From the IMG/VR virus record IMGVR_UViG_3300022661_000054: a DNA stretch of 64,000 nucleotides; one strand, 5' to 3'. Shown piece after piece: positions 8,609-16,534 of this stretch; the stretch's first letter is position 1, and every line of letters begins with the position of its first letter. Made by a program: the position numbers and the translations under genes. This DNA comes from a virus. Taxonomy: Duplodnaviria > Heunggongvirae > Uroviricota > Caudoviricetes. The notes under the pieces were generated by a model that was not told where the DNA came from, made no database searches, and saw nothing but the letters and a program-made list of their open reading frames with translations.

Positions 8609-9057
8609 CACTTTTCTTCTCTTAGCACTTCCTCAAAGTGTTTAATAATCTCTGCTCTCATAGCAGGTACATCATCAATTCGTTTTGAGTCGCTGCCATT
8701 ATAATAATTACTAGAATAAGTTTTTGTGTGGCAATCGATTATTTTCATTATTAAAGCTAATTCTAATTTAGTCATGTTAACTCCCTCAATCATATCAATA
8801 AGCTCTTTCTGCCACAGGTATTGTTTTCGGTCATCTAAGAACTCATCTTCAAGATATAACTTAAAAATATATTGCAGATTCTCATCTACAATAATTTTCC
8901 TATATCTCGGAGTAATATCGATAATCAAACTTAGACGTTCCTTATTAAAAGGTTTAAACTGAGGAGGCAGAGCACAGTATCTTTCTAGTTTAAAAGTATA
9001 AGCGTCATTGTATTCTGACTGAAGAAATTCTATAATATCTTTACAAAATTGATTCAT
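8608..9057 (-). CDS. Hypothetical protein (internal RBS and ATG at 8775)
   Basis: AGGAG RBS; tightly packed operon. Confidence 0.7.
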   Translation of the reverse strand: MNQFCKDIIEFLQSEYNDAYTFKLERYCALPPQFKPFNKERLSLIIDITPRYRKIIVDENLQYIFKLYLEDEFLDDRKQYLWQKELIDMIEGVNMTKLELALIMKIIDCHTKTYSSNYYNGSDSKRIDDVPAMRAEIIKHFEEVLREEK

Positions 9058-9069
9058 AGTGTCTTCTCC

Positions 9070-9279
9070 TTAAACAGTAAAACCATGCAGTCCTGTAAAG
9101 ATGTCACCTCTATAAGGACTTATATTAAAAATTTCAGATACGGAGGTTTCACTATCCATATAGTTTATGAACTTACGAAGTTTCTCTTCAGCTTCGTCAG
9201 GGTTAGAAGCTATCACAAGAGCATTATCTTTTGTGTATGTAGCTCCGTTATCTACATCAAATTCGATTCTATATAACAT
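9070..9279 (-). CDS. Small hypothetical protein
   Basis: GAGGTG RBS; operon packing. Confidence 0.7.
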   Translation of the reverse strand: MLYRIEFDVDNGATYTKDNALVIASNPDEAEEKLRKFINYMDSETSVSEIFNISPYRGDIFTGLHGFTV

Positions 9280-9291
9280 TATAACACCTCG

Positions 9292-9711
9292 CTATTCAGA
9301 TACTTCACCAAAGATTTTATCAATAACCCCTTCTTCAGCAAGCTTAGGATAGAACTCTTTTACGTAGTTAATATATTCTTGAGAAACTTCACCAGACTTT
9401 CCGTCCATAATGAGGTCGAAGTCAGCCTTCCACTTTACTGGCACCTTAAATTCATAGGTTCCATAGGTGCTGTCATATTCATCGTCATAAGTCTTAATAA
9501 AGTTTTCATCTTTATAAAGCTCTTCTTCACCAAAGCCAGCATCTCGATTACCTCCACCTACCCGAGTGTAGATAGCAATATTACCTTCATCAGTAACATA
9601 GCAATCTCTGAAGCGAGGATATTCATTTTCTTTTCTACCGAGCATAGGAAGAATAGCAACACAAGCAGGGTTAAATCCCATCAACATATTATATAAACTC
9701 ATAGTCATCAA
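9292..9711 (-). CDS. Hypothetical phage protein
   Basis: Conserved-looking YPRFRD..YTRVGGGNR..DDEYDSTY pattern; overlap with upstream stop. Confidence 0.75.
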   Translation of the reverse strand: MMTMSLYNMLMGFNPACVAILPMLGRKENEYPRFRDCYVTDEGNIAIYTRVGGGNRDAGFGEEELYKDENFIKTYDDEYDSTYGTYEFKVPVKWKADFDLIMDGKSGEVSQEYINYVKEFYPKLAEEGVIDKIFGEVSE

Positions 9712-10277
9712 CCTTTCTTTACTTTATATGTTTGTTTATCTTCAATTTCAATTAACTTCTGTAGAGCTTCATCAGTAGTATACCGGTCATAGTAAATGTG
9801 TGAAGGACCGCCTGTAAGAACTTTAATCCAGCCTTTGTTAAGAAGAAAGTCATCTGGATTATTGTAGCTATCTGTTTCTGCTCTGTATCTAGTCCACTCT
9901 TTAGGATAGTTCATCGTAACAAGTTCATTGGCTAGAGAGGCATGTCCCATATATTGACACATATAAGTATTACCTAAAGTATCAATCCAGCCATAACTGA
10001 AATGTTCGTTATTTATAATTTCTTTAAACAGGTCATAGTGAGAAGAAAGAGATGGCCAGGTATCTGATTCGATAATAGCAATGCACTCAGGTTCATAGAA
10101 AGAATGATAACCACCACACTTATTCATACAGATAGGCATGGTATCTTCTACACCATACTTGTCAATAGCATAACGAACGTACCAATACTGCATGGCTTCT
10201 TCAAGGTCGTCGATATATTCCCAAGCTTCAATGTCTCCCCAAGATTTTTTATAAATACAATATTTTTTGGTGCTCAT
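9708..10277 (-). CDS. Hypothetical phage protein
   Basis: AGGAG RBS; YGWID..G..Y.C..MGH and LLNKGWIKV pattern. Confidence 0.75.
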   Translation of the reverse strand: MSTKKYCIYKKSWGDIEAWEYIDDLEEAMQYWYVRYAIDKYGVEDTMPICMNKCGGYHSFYEPECIAIIESDTWPSLSSHYDLFKEIINNEHFSYGWIDTLGNTYMCQYMGHASLANELVTMNYPKEWTRYRAETDSYNNPDDFLLNKGWIKVLTGGPSHIYYDRYTTDEALQKLIEIEDKQTYKVKKG

Positions 10278-10290
10278 ATTAGTCTCCTTA

Positions 10291-10464
10291 TTATGTTGTA
10301 ACTTCTTGAATTGAAAGTATATCAGGAATAATATAGTATCTTTTTTTAGCTATCTTATAACATTTGCTTATCGCTTGAGCTTCATTTTTTGCAGCTATAA
10401 CGGTTATGTTGGAAGTGAAATGAACTTTGTATGTAATTTTATAAAGCTTCTTCTTACCAAACAT
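10291..10464 (-). CDS. 57-aa hypothetical protein (absent from ORF track)
   Basis: MFGKKKLYKITYKVHF...QEVTT*; GGAGGAG RBS; TGTATTAT at 10496-10503. Confidence 0.75.
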   Translation of the reverse strand: MFGKKKLYKITYKVHFTSNITVIAAKNEAQAISKCYKIAKKRYYIIPDILSIQEVTT

Positions 10465-10533
10465 TAAGTATCTCCTCCAAATTAGTTTTTATTTTATAAT
10501 ACAGTGTAGCAGCTAATAATTTAATAAATTAAT

Positions 10534-10573
10534 AAAGAACAGCACCAAAATAAAAATTCTGGTACTGTTCTTT
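10534..10573 (-). terminator. Terminator downstream of pnuC
   Basis: aaagaacagcacc / ggtactgttcttt stem. Confidence 0.75.
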
Positions 10574-10582
10574 GTGTTTTAG

Positions 10583-11272
10583 TTACTTAGACGTTTTCTC
10601 AAGCTTGCTCCAGTTATACCAACCATAGAAAGCATTTGCAGTCCAAGCAATATACATTGCAACCATAGACCACTGACCGAGAATAATAAACATAACCAAA
10701 CTAACTACGTCAATAAGAATCCAACAAGCCCACTGTTCTCTGTATCGCCAAACCATAAGAAGCTGAGCAATAACAGCAAGAGCCACAGTCATAGCATCAA
10801 GATAAGGAAGAGTACTACCAAGAACAGCTTCACCAAAATAACCGAGTAGGAAGGTACTAAGTGCAACTACTGCTGCAGAAACCAGCCACTGCCAAAGCTT
10901 AAACTTTTTAGCTTTTACCTGTTTAGTACCATCTTCATTCTCAATCATATTCTTCTTCCACATAAAGACGCCGAAAATACAAACAATGAAGTAGAATACC
11001 TGTTCACCAAATTCGAGATATAATGCGAGGTCCCAACAGATAATCATATATGTAATCATCTGAAGGAAGTTAAAGAAGTATGAAGAAATCTTTCCTTTTG
11101 CCGTCAGAGCTACACAAATAACACCAGCAAGTCCGCAGACAATTCCAATAGCCGAGTCAGGCACAATAAAATACATAATCACCTGAAGTAATACCAAGGA
11201 AGCGAAAAAGATTTTTTCAAACGTATTATAACCGTTCCAAAATTCATTCTTAAGCCATTTTACCATTTTCAA
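10583..11272 (-). CDS. pnuC: Nicotinamide riboside transporter PnuC
   Basis: Multi-TM protein with AKGKISSY, PYLDA, AQLLM..RYREQW..W and YGWYNW PnuC motifs; adjacent to nadR. Confidence 0.9.
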   Translation of the reverse strand: MKMVKWLKNEFWNGYNTFEKIFFASLVLLQVIMYFIVPDSAIGIVCGLAGVICVALTAKGKISSYFFNFLQMITYMIICWDLALYLEFGEQVFYFIVCIFGVFMWKKNMIENEDGTKQVKAKKFKLWQWLVSAAVVALSTFLLGYFGEAVLGSTLPYLDAMTVALAVIAQLLMVWRYREQWACWILIDVVSLVMFIILGQWSMVAMYIAWTANAFYGWYNWSKLEKTSK

Positions 11273-12356
11273 TAATCTCCTTTACATCATCAACAATTCT
11301 TTTAAAATTATTATAATAACCACCGTCAAGGATAGTTACTTTATCCCAATTACCAGAAGCTTTTATATTATTACACAAAATTTTAAAAAGCTCCATTCTC
11401 TCATCTGTTCCACTAAATGCCATATATCTAGTATGGTCGTCTACAAATACACCGTGTGGACAAAGAAGGTAAATTCTATCCCACTTACATTTCTTAGTAA
11501 TAGCATCTGCTGCAACAGCAATTTCTTCGAATTCTTCTTCAGTCAAATCAAGTTGAGGGTCTTTGCAGTAGTACTCAGCATACATACGAGTTGTCATACT
11601 ATCAGAGTCTGCAAAGAAGATACCCTGATTGCTGGGGGAGTTAATCAGTTTCTTATTCATCTGATATTGACCGTCAAGAAAAGCCATGTAGTCAGCACCA
11701 TCAAGTTCCCACTCAGAAATATAGCTTTCTTCCATATAATCTCTGGCATACTCATGAGAATACGGAGCGTTGAAATACTTACCGAGGTCTTTTACTAAGG
11801 TTGTCTTTCCTTCACTTGCTGTCCCGCAGATAAGAATATTCGTACTAAACACTCTTCTGAACGGGAAAGTAATCTTATCCCAATGCTTAATGGGATTCTG
11901 TCGAATCATTGTAGCAGAAATAGGATTAAGTGTTCTATCAATCTGTACAACTTCATATCCTGCACTATCAAGATATACAAAGTATTCAGGTTCACTAACA
12001 TAGAATACTGATCTACCCTCAGCTCCAAATGAAAAGATTCTTTCAATTTCAGCTAGTACACCATTCCAACCGTTAGGGTAAGCTTCGATGCCGAGCTCAG
12101 TTTCGTCAATAGGATATACAGCGACTAAATCATCATCTGCAAAGAATTCTCTTACATACCTATAACGTAACTTTAGTGGCATTTCTTTTCCGCCTCTGTC
12201 ACCATCTCTACCGTCAACCAAGACAATGCAACCACCGTCACATTCTTTCTTAGCTCTCATAATTAAATCAAGATGGCCTTGATGAAGCGGTGCGAAGGTT
12301 CCGAATACTACACCGATTTTTTCGCCTTTCAGTTTTTTCTGATACGTGTAAATCAT
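11250..12356 (-). CDS. nadR: Bifunctional NMN adenylyltransferase / ribosylnicotinamide kinase (NadR without HTH)
   Basis: GTFAPLHQGH (HxGH), ISATMIR, Walker A GTASEGKTT, EYARDY. Confidence 0.9.
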   Translation of the reverse strand: MIYTYQKKLKGEKIGVVFGTFAPLHQGHLDLIMRAKKECDGGCIVLVDGRDGDRGGKEMPLKLRYRYVREFFADDDLVAVYPIDETELGIEAYPNGWNGVLAEIERIFSFGAEGRSVFYVSEPEYFVYLDSAGYEVVQIDRTLNPISATMIRQNPIKHWDKITFPFRRVFSTNILICGTASEGKTTLVKDLGKYFNAPYSHEYARDYMEESYISEWELDGADYMAFLDGQYQMNKKLINSPSNQGIFFADSDSMTTRMYAEYYCKDPQLDLTEEEFEEIAVAADAITKKCKWDRIYLLCPHGVFVDDHTRYMAFSGTDERMELFKILCNNIKASGNWDKVTILDGGYYNNFKRIVDDVKEIIENGKMA

Positions 12357-12442
12357 TTTAAGTTAACTTGTCCTCCGTACAAAATAATTTATTCGCTTAT
12401 TTTAAAATACAATACAAAATCGGTTAAATTAACAGATATAAC

Positions 12443-12498
12443 AAAAAAAAGAACAATACCAAAAAGAATAATGCTCTTTTACTCCGGTATTGTTCTTT
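12443..12498 (-). terminator. Terminator upstream of nadR
   Basis: aaagaacaatacc / ggtattgttcttt stem with T8 tract. Confidence 0.8.
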
Positions 12499-12510
12499 AT
12501 ATTGTTCTTT

Positions 12511-12720
12511 TTAAATTTTATCTATAAGGGGCTGTTCTGTAATATTAATAACCATAATTTCTACATCATCGCCTCGTCTCTGAAGTTCTTCAAGTGAATC
12601 TTGAGCCATACACTTAATTCTGTAGATAGAAGCTTGATTGTAATATTTACCCCACTTATTTACACCCTTGCCTCTGTAATATTCACCAGTAGTTTTATTT
12701 TTAATTATATAATAATCCAT
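12511..12720 (-). CDS. Small hypothetical protein (start revised from 12768)
   Basis: AAGGAG RBS before ATG 12720; MDYYIIKNKTTGEYY. Confidence 0.65.
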   Translation of the reverse strand: MDYYIIKNKTTGEYYRGKGVNKWGKYYNQASIYRIKCMAQDSLEELQRRGDDVEIMVINITEQPLIDKI

Positions 12721-12731
12721 AGCAATACTCC

Positions 12732-13109
12732 TTAAAGAAACATAAGAGCAGTCAGTCCAATCTGACATAAATGGACAGTTTGGTCAATCCAGAGGTTAAT
12801 AAGTTTTTTATTAGCTTTTAAATCATCTGTGATTGCATGCACCACTAAGTTAGTTAGAAGGATATAAACAAAGAAAGGCGTTATATTAAAGTTCATCGTA
12901 AAAGTAATAGGAAGCATAATCATAAACGCCCAACTGAAGGAGTGTACAGATAGACCTACCATATAATCATATTGATACAACTTCTTATATCCAGGTTGTT
13001 CTTGCCACCAGGACTTTTGCTTTAAATTGTTAAGTAAACCTTTTTGTAAATAATAGTCATCTATAATATGGCAAAATATCATTAGTAAAATAATAAACAA
13101 CTTATTCAT
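12732..13109 (-). CDS. DUF3307-like membrane protein
   Basis: HIIDDYYLQ, H..., HAITDDLK and IDQTVH motifs in hydrophobic helices. Confidence 0.7.
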   Translation of the reverse strand: MNKLFIILLMIFCHIIDDYYLQKGLLNNLKQKSWWQEQPGYKKLYQYDYMVGLSVHSFSWAFMIMLPITFTMNFNITPFFVYILLTNLVVHAITDDLKANKKLINLWIDQTVHLCQIGLTALMFL

Positions 13110-13497
13110 TAACTATTCGCTCCTTAACAATAAAAGTATTTTCTTTCTCTTCTATAATTTCGTATTTACTATAAACCTCATTGAAAGACGCCGTGTCTTC
13201 TACTTTAATTTCATACTGAGTTTCTATGTAATCGGCGGGACAGACTTTACATAAGCAAATAAGTAATACTAAACTAAAGAATCCGCCAACTACAAGAAGC
13301 AGTAGTTCTTTTGGATGCCAATGTTCGCAACTAACGACTCCTCTTGCCTGATCTTCCGCAGTACCCTTTTTAAATGCAATATGCTGACGAGTAAAGAAGA
13401 TTATTGCAGCAACGATAAGCGGTAAAAAGCCTAAAAGAAACTGCCAACCAGCAATCTGATAAATTTCGATAGTATCTAAAATAGTTACTCCAGTCAT
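13102..13497 (-). CDS. Two-TM membrane protein
   Basis: Two hydrophobic segments; GGAGG RBS. Confidence 0.7.
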   Translation of the reverse strand: MTGVTILDTIEIYQIAGWQFLLGFLPLIVAAIIFFTRQHIAFKKGTAEDQARGVVSCEHWHPKELLLLVVGGFFSLVLLICLCKVCPADYIETQYEIKVEDTASFNEVYSKYEIIEEKENTFIVKERIVNE

Positions 13498-13499
13498 TT

Positions 13500-14207
13500 T
13501 TAGTCCTCCGTTTTAATCATAATTCTAGCTCCAGTAATAGCAGGAACTGTCCAGTCTTCATTGTCAAAAATTCTGATCATAAATTCAACATTGTCGATAT
13601 AAGGAATATAATTTCTAGTAAGAGTATCTTTATCCCAGCCTACTCTAAAGAAAGTAGTTTTTCCTGCCTCTATGTGATCTACTGAAAACAAAGGCTTACA
13701 GTTTATATTCATAATAGTAGCGTCATCGATAGTGATTGTTAAAACTTTATTAGTCTTATTTGTTACACGCAGTTCATAAGCAAACTCATACCAAGATTCT
13801 TTTTCATAGTAGCCGACGAGCGCAATGTTCACTAGTTCATTATCTAGAATAGTGATACCGTTATTAGTAATTTCTGAATTGTGATAAATCTTTAGAGAAG
13901 TATCTACAATAGGAGTTGTAGTATTATTACATGGTGGGCAATTTTTTTCTTTTTTAATAATAGTAGTTTGTTGGTCGACACAGACCCATTTATTTTTGTA
14001 AATATTATATGTATATTCTCTTAGTATAAGTTCGCCAGTTTCTTCATTATAAAAAGTTTGCTGAAGAACATTGTCATACTGATCTTTTACTTCGTCGACC
14101 AGAGTTAGAGGTGACCATGCTTTTTCCTTAGTCTCTTTAGTAGCGCTGCAGCCAGTACATGATACACAAATAATACACACTAGAACTAAACAAATTAATT
14201 TTTTCAT
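13500..14207 (-). CDS. Putative lipoprotein
   Basis: MKK, hydrophobic core and CTGC lipobox-like signal. Confidence 0.65.
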   Translation of the reverse strand: MKKLICLVLVCIICVSCTGCSATKETKEKAWSPLTLVDEVKDQYDNVLQQTFYNEETGELILREYTYNIYKNKWVCVDQQTTIIKKEKNCPPCNNTTTPIVDTSLKIYHNSEITNNGITILDNELVNIALVGYYEKESWYEFAYELRVTNKTNKVLTITIDDATIMNINCKPLFSVDHIEAGKTTFFRVGWDKDTLTRNYIPYIDNVEFMIRIFDNEDWTVPAITGARIMIKTED

Positions 14208-14230
14208 ATTTAAATAAGCTCCTTACCTTA

Positions 14231-14284
14231 AAATAAAAAATTTAGATAACCCTATCATATTATACTCTAAGGTTATCTAAATTT
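14231..14284 (-). terminator. Terminator ending the tail operon; loop contains AGTATAAT
   Basis: 14-bp stem aaatttagataacc / ggttatctaaattt with T tract. Confidence 0.75.
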
Positions 14285-14295
14285 CAACACTTTTA

Positions 14296-15588
14296 TTAAA
14301 TTTTATCTAAATCGCCTTTAATTCTTGTTAAACTAAGATTTGTTGCATAGCCATTAGGACCTATATTATCTACCTGTTTAGTTACAATATAAAGACCGCT
14401 AGATATATGTTTTTTACCACCTGGGAAAATTACGTTAAGTCTTACATACTGCATTAGAGTGGCAGGTCTTAAAAGTCCTTGTACTTGAATATTGGCATTT
14501 ATAGGGAATTGCGTTGCTTTTGTCCACCAAACTTGGTCCGCAGCCTTCGTATCAAATTTATCGGTTCGAGCCATACTTGTAGGAGCAAATACATCTTCCC
14601 ATAATCCTTCACCATTTATACGTCGAGCGTAGTTTTCAGGGTGAGCTAGATTTTGATATTCATAGTATATAGAATAATTTTCATTTTTTTCGATATTAAA
14701 AGATCTAACTATCGTTGACGTGTTTATACCAATATCAATTTCATAAGCTTCACCATGATCCATTACAGTAGAAACTTTTGAAACTTTAAAATATGGACCG
14801 CTTTTACTTTTTGATCTATCCGCGCTAGTAATTGAGTCGTCAAATATTGAAAGAATATAAATATCCTTAACTAATCCAGGTGCTGACCCTTCTGGAATCA
14901 TACAACCAGCCAAGTAGTTAATATAGTCTATTGCAGAAATATTCTGTTTTGACTCTATCTCTACAGCCATGTCATCACCTGCAATAAGTGAATCTAGATC
15001 AGAAACCTTCATGCCTGTAAAAGTATTTTGTAAACTTTTATTATTTTTAAAGAGTTTTTTAATTTCTTCACTAGGTTTAACTTTATTACCAAAAGTTGTG
15101 CCTGGCATTGTTATGCTACCATCAGTAGATAGAGCCGCGCTAGAAACTGCCTGTACTGTATAAGTAATAGTGCTACCTTGCAAATTAAATGCTTGATTTA
15201 CATTTGTTATAATAGCTTCTTCATTTTTATAAATGTAAGCAGGCGTCTCAGCATCGCCATAAGTAAAAATAATTTTTCTCGAACGGCTTACACTGGAAAA
15301 GACCTTTTCAAAAAAATTTGGGTCATCATACTGAGTAACTGGATAATTTATTTCTAGAGTATATTTATTAACCTGCCCATTTATTTTAGTAACCTGCATA
15401 GAAGTTATATATTGCGGATACTGAATTGAATATGAAGTATAGAAACCTGCCTGGTTTTTGCCCCATGATTTTGTTTTTTCATCAAAAATACCAAAGGTAT
15501 AATCGCCAATAGTAACTTTTATCCACGGTACTTGTATTCTAGCTTGGCTTGACAATAAACTTTTATTTTTAATTATTCTACTACTCAT
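14296..15588 (-). CDS. Baseplate hub protein (gp27/GpD-like)
   Basis: Position after LysM gene; C-terminal ISSGLYIVTKQVDNIGPNGYATNLSLTR typical of hub proteins. Confidence 0.6.
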   Translation of the reverse strand: MSSRIIKNKSLLSSQARIQVPWIKVTIGDYTFGIFDEKTKSWGKNQAGFYTSYSIQYPQYITSMQVTKINGQVNKYTLEINYPVTQYDDPNFFEKVFSSVSRSRKIIFTYGDAETPAYIYKNEEAIITNVNQAFNLQGSTITYTVQAVSSAALSTDGSITMPGTTFGNKVKPSEEIKKLFKNNKSLQNTFTGMKVSDLDSLIAGDDMAVEIESKQNISAIDYINYLAGCMIPEGSAPGLVKDIYILSIFDDSITSADRSKSKSGPYFKVSKVSTVMDHGEAYEIDIGINTSTIVRSFNIEKNENYSIYYEYQNLAHPENYARRINGEGLWEDVFAPTSMARTDKFDTKAADQVWWTKATQFPINANIQVQGLLRPATLMQYVRLNVIFPGGKKHISSGLYIVTKQVDNIGPNGYATNLSLTRIKGDLDKI

Positions 15589-15914
15589 TTATTAATCCTT
15601 CCAAACTCTACACTAGAAATACTAGGAATCTTTAGGGTATTATACTTATCTTTTAGTGGTTTAAATGAATCTTGAATATCATTGAAATACGCAATAACCC
15701 ACCAGAAAGTAGGATTATTATAATATTTTAAAGCGAGTGAGTGTAGAGTATCATTGCTTTTTACTTTGTGCGTAACAAATTCCGCGTTTGTTTTTAGATT
15801 AGTACCAATACCATAAATTTCTTTATCCGTTAAAGTATCGTAGTAGTAGGGGGTGTTTGTATACCTACTTAGATAATCATAGTCAGCGTAAGTTTTCTTT
15901 TTTAATGTATCCAA
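15585..15914 (-). CDS. LysM-domain baseplate protein (gp53/gpX-like)
   Basis: HKVKSNDTLHSLALKYYNNPTFWWVIAYFN...LKIP. Confidence 0.8.
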   Translation of the reverse strand: MDTLKKKTYADYDYLSRYTNTPYYYDTLTDKEIYGIGTNLKTNAEFVTHKVKSNDTLHSLALKYYNNPTFWWVIAYFNDIQDSFKPLKDKYNTLKIPSISSVEFGRINK

Positions 15915-15929
15915 TACAAATCACCTCTT

Positions 15930-16520
15930 TTAAAAATTCATCCCCTGCCGTAGTGTAGCAGTAAGACCTCTAAAAGAACCGTTCTTAAAAATAGTAGTCG
16001 AATCATAAGGGTCGACTTCTGAAATGGTAAAGTCTATTTTCATTGTGGCATATTTCTCGTTTACTAAAATAGGCTTTCCGTAGGTAACGCGTACTCCACC
16101 ACTTACTACGCCTTTTATAAAAACTTCTCTACCGAGTCGGATTGCTACGAGTGGCGGCTCAATAGCTTTATTAGAAAGATTATACTTTGGAACGGCAATA
16201 GCCTGGAGCGCATGAATAAATTGCTCAGCCATATCATCCCCGTCTGAGAATCGTCCATTGCCGTTGACAGCATTAATCTCTTCAAACATGTCTCTATGGA
16301 AATTTAAACTAATTGCAATAGTTCTAGGTCCGGCATTACTAAAAGTATACACAGGGGCAGAACGGCCTAAAGCTGTGCTACTGGCAAAAGAAGAATCCAT
16401 GTTATCAGTAACTTCATCAGGATAGCCTGGTAACATCCAATATTGGTAGTCTTCGTCTAAATGTGAAATATAAATGTAACAATCCGGAAGTATTCTACTT
16501 AAAAGATCATTATTTGCCAT
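15930..16520 (-). CDS. Tail tube initiator / baseplate-tube junction protein
   Basis: LGRSAPVYTFSNAGPRTIAISLNF and PPLVAIRLG patterns; synteny. Confidence 0.6.
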   Translation of the reverse strand: MANNDLLSRILPDCYIYISHLDEDYQYWMLPGYPDEVTDNMDSSFASSTALGRSAPVYTFSNAGPRTIAISLNFHRDMFEEINAVNGNGRFSDGDDMAEQFIHALQAIAVPKYNLSNKAIEPPLVAIRLGREVFIKGVVSGGVRVTYGKPILVNEKYATMKIDFTISEVDPYDSTTIFKNGSFRGLTATLRQGMNF

Positions 16521-16534
16521 TTTTCTGCCCTCCT

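Noticed and set aside
12357-12510. NAD+/pnuC-type riboswitch upstream of nadR-pnuC
   Set aside because: The only structure is the upstream terminator; the leader after the likely promoter is about 40 nt and unstructured
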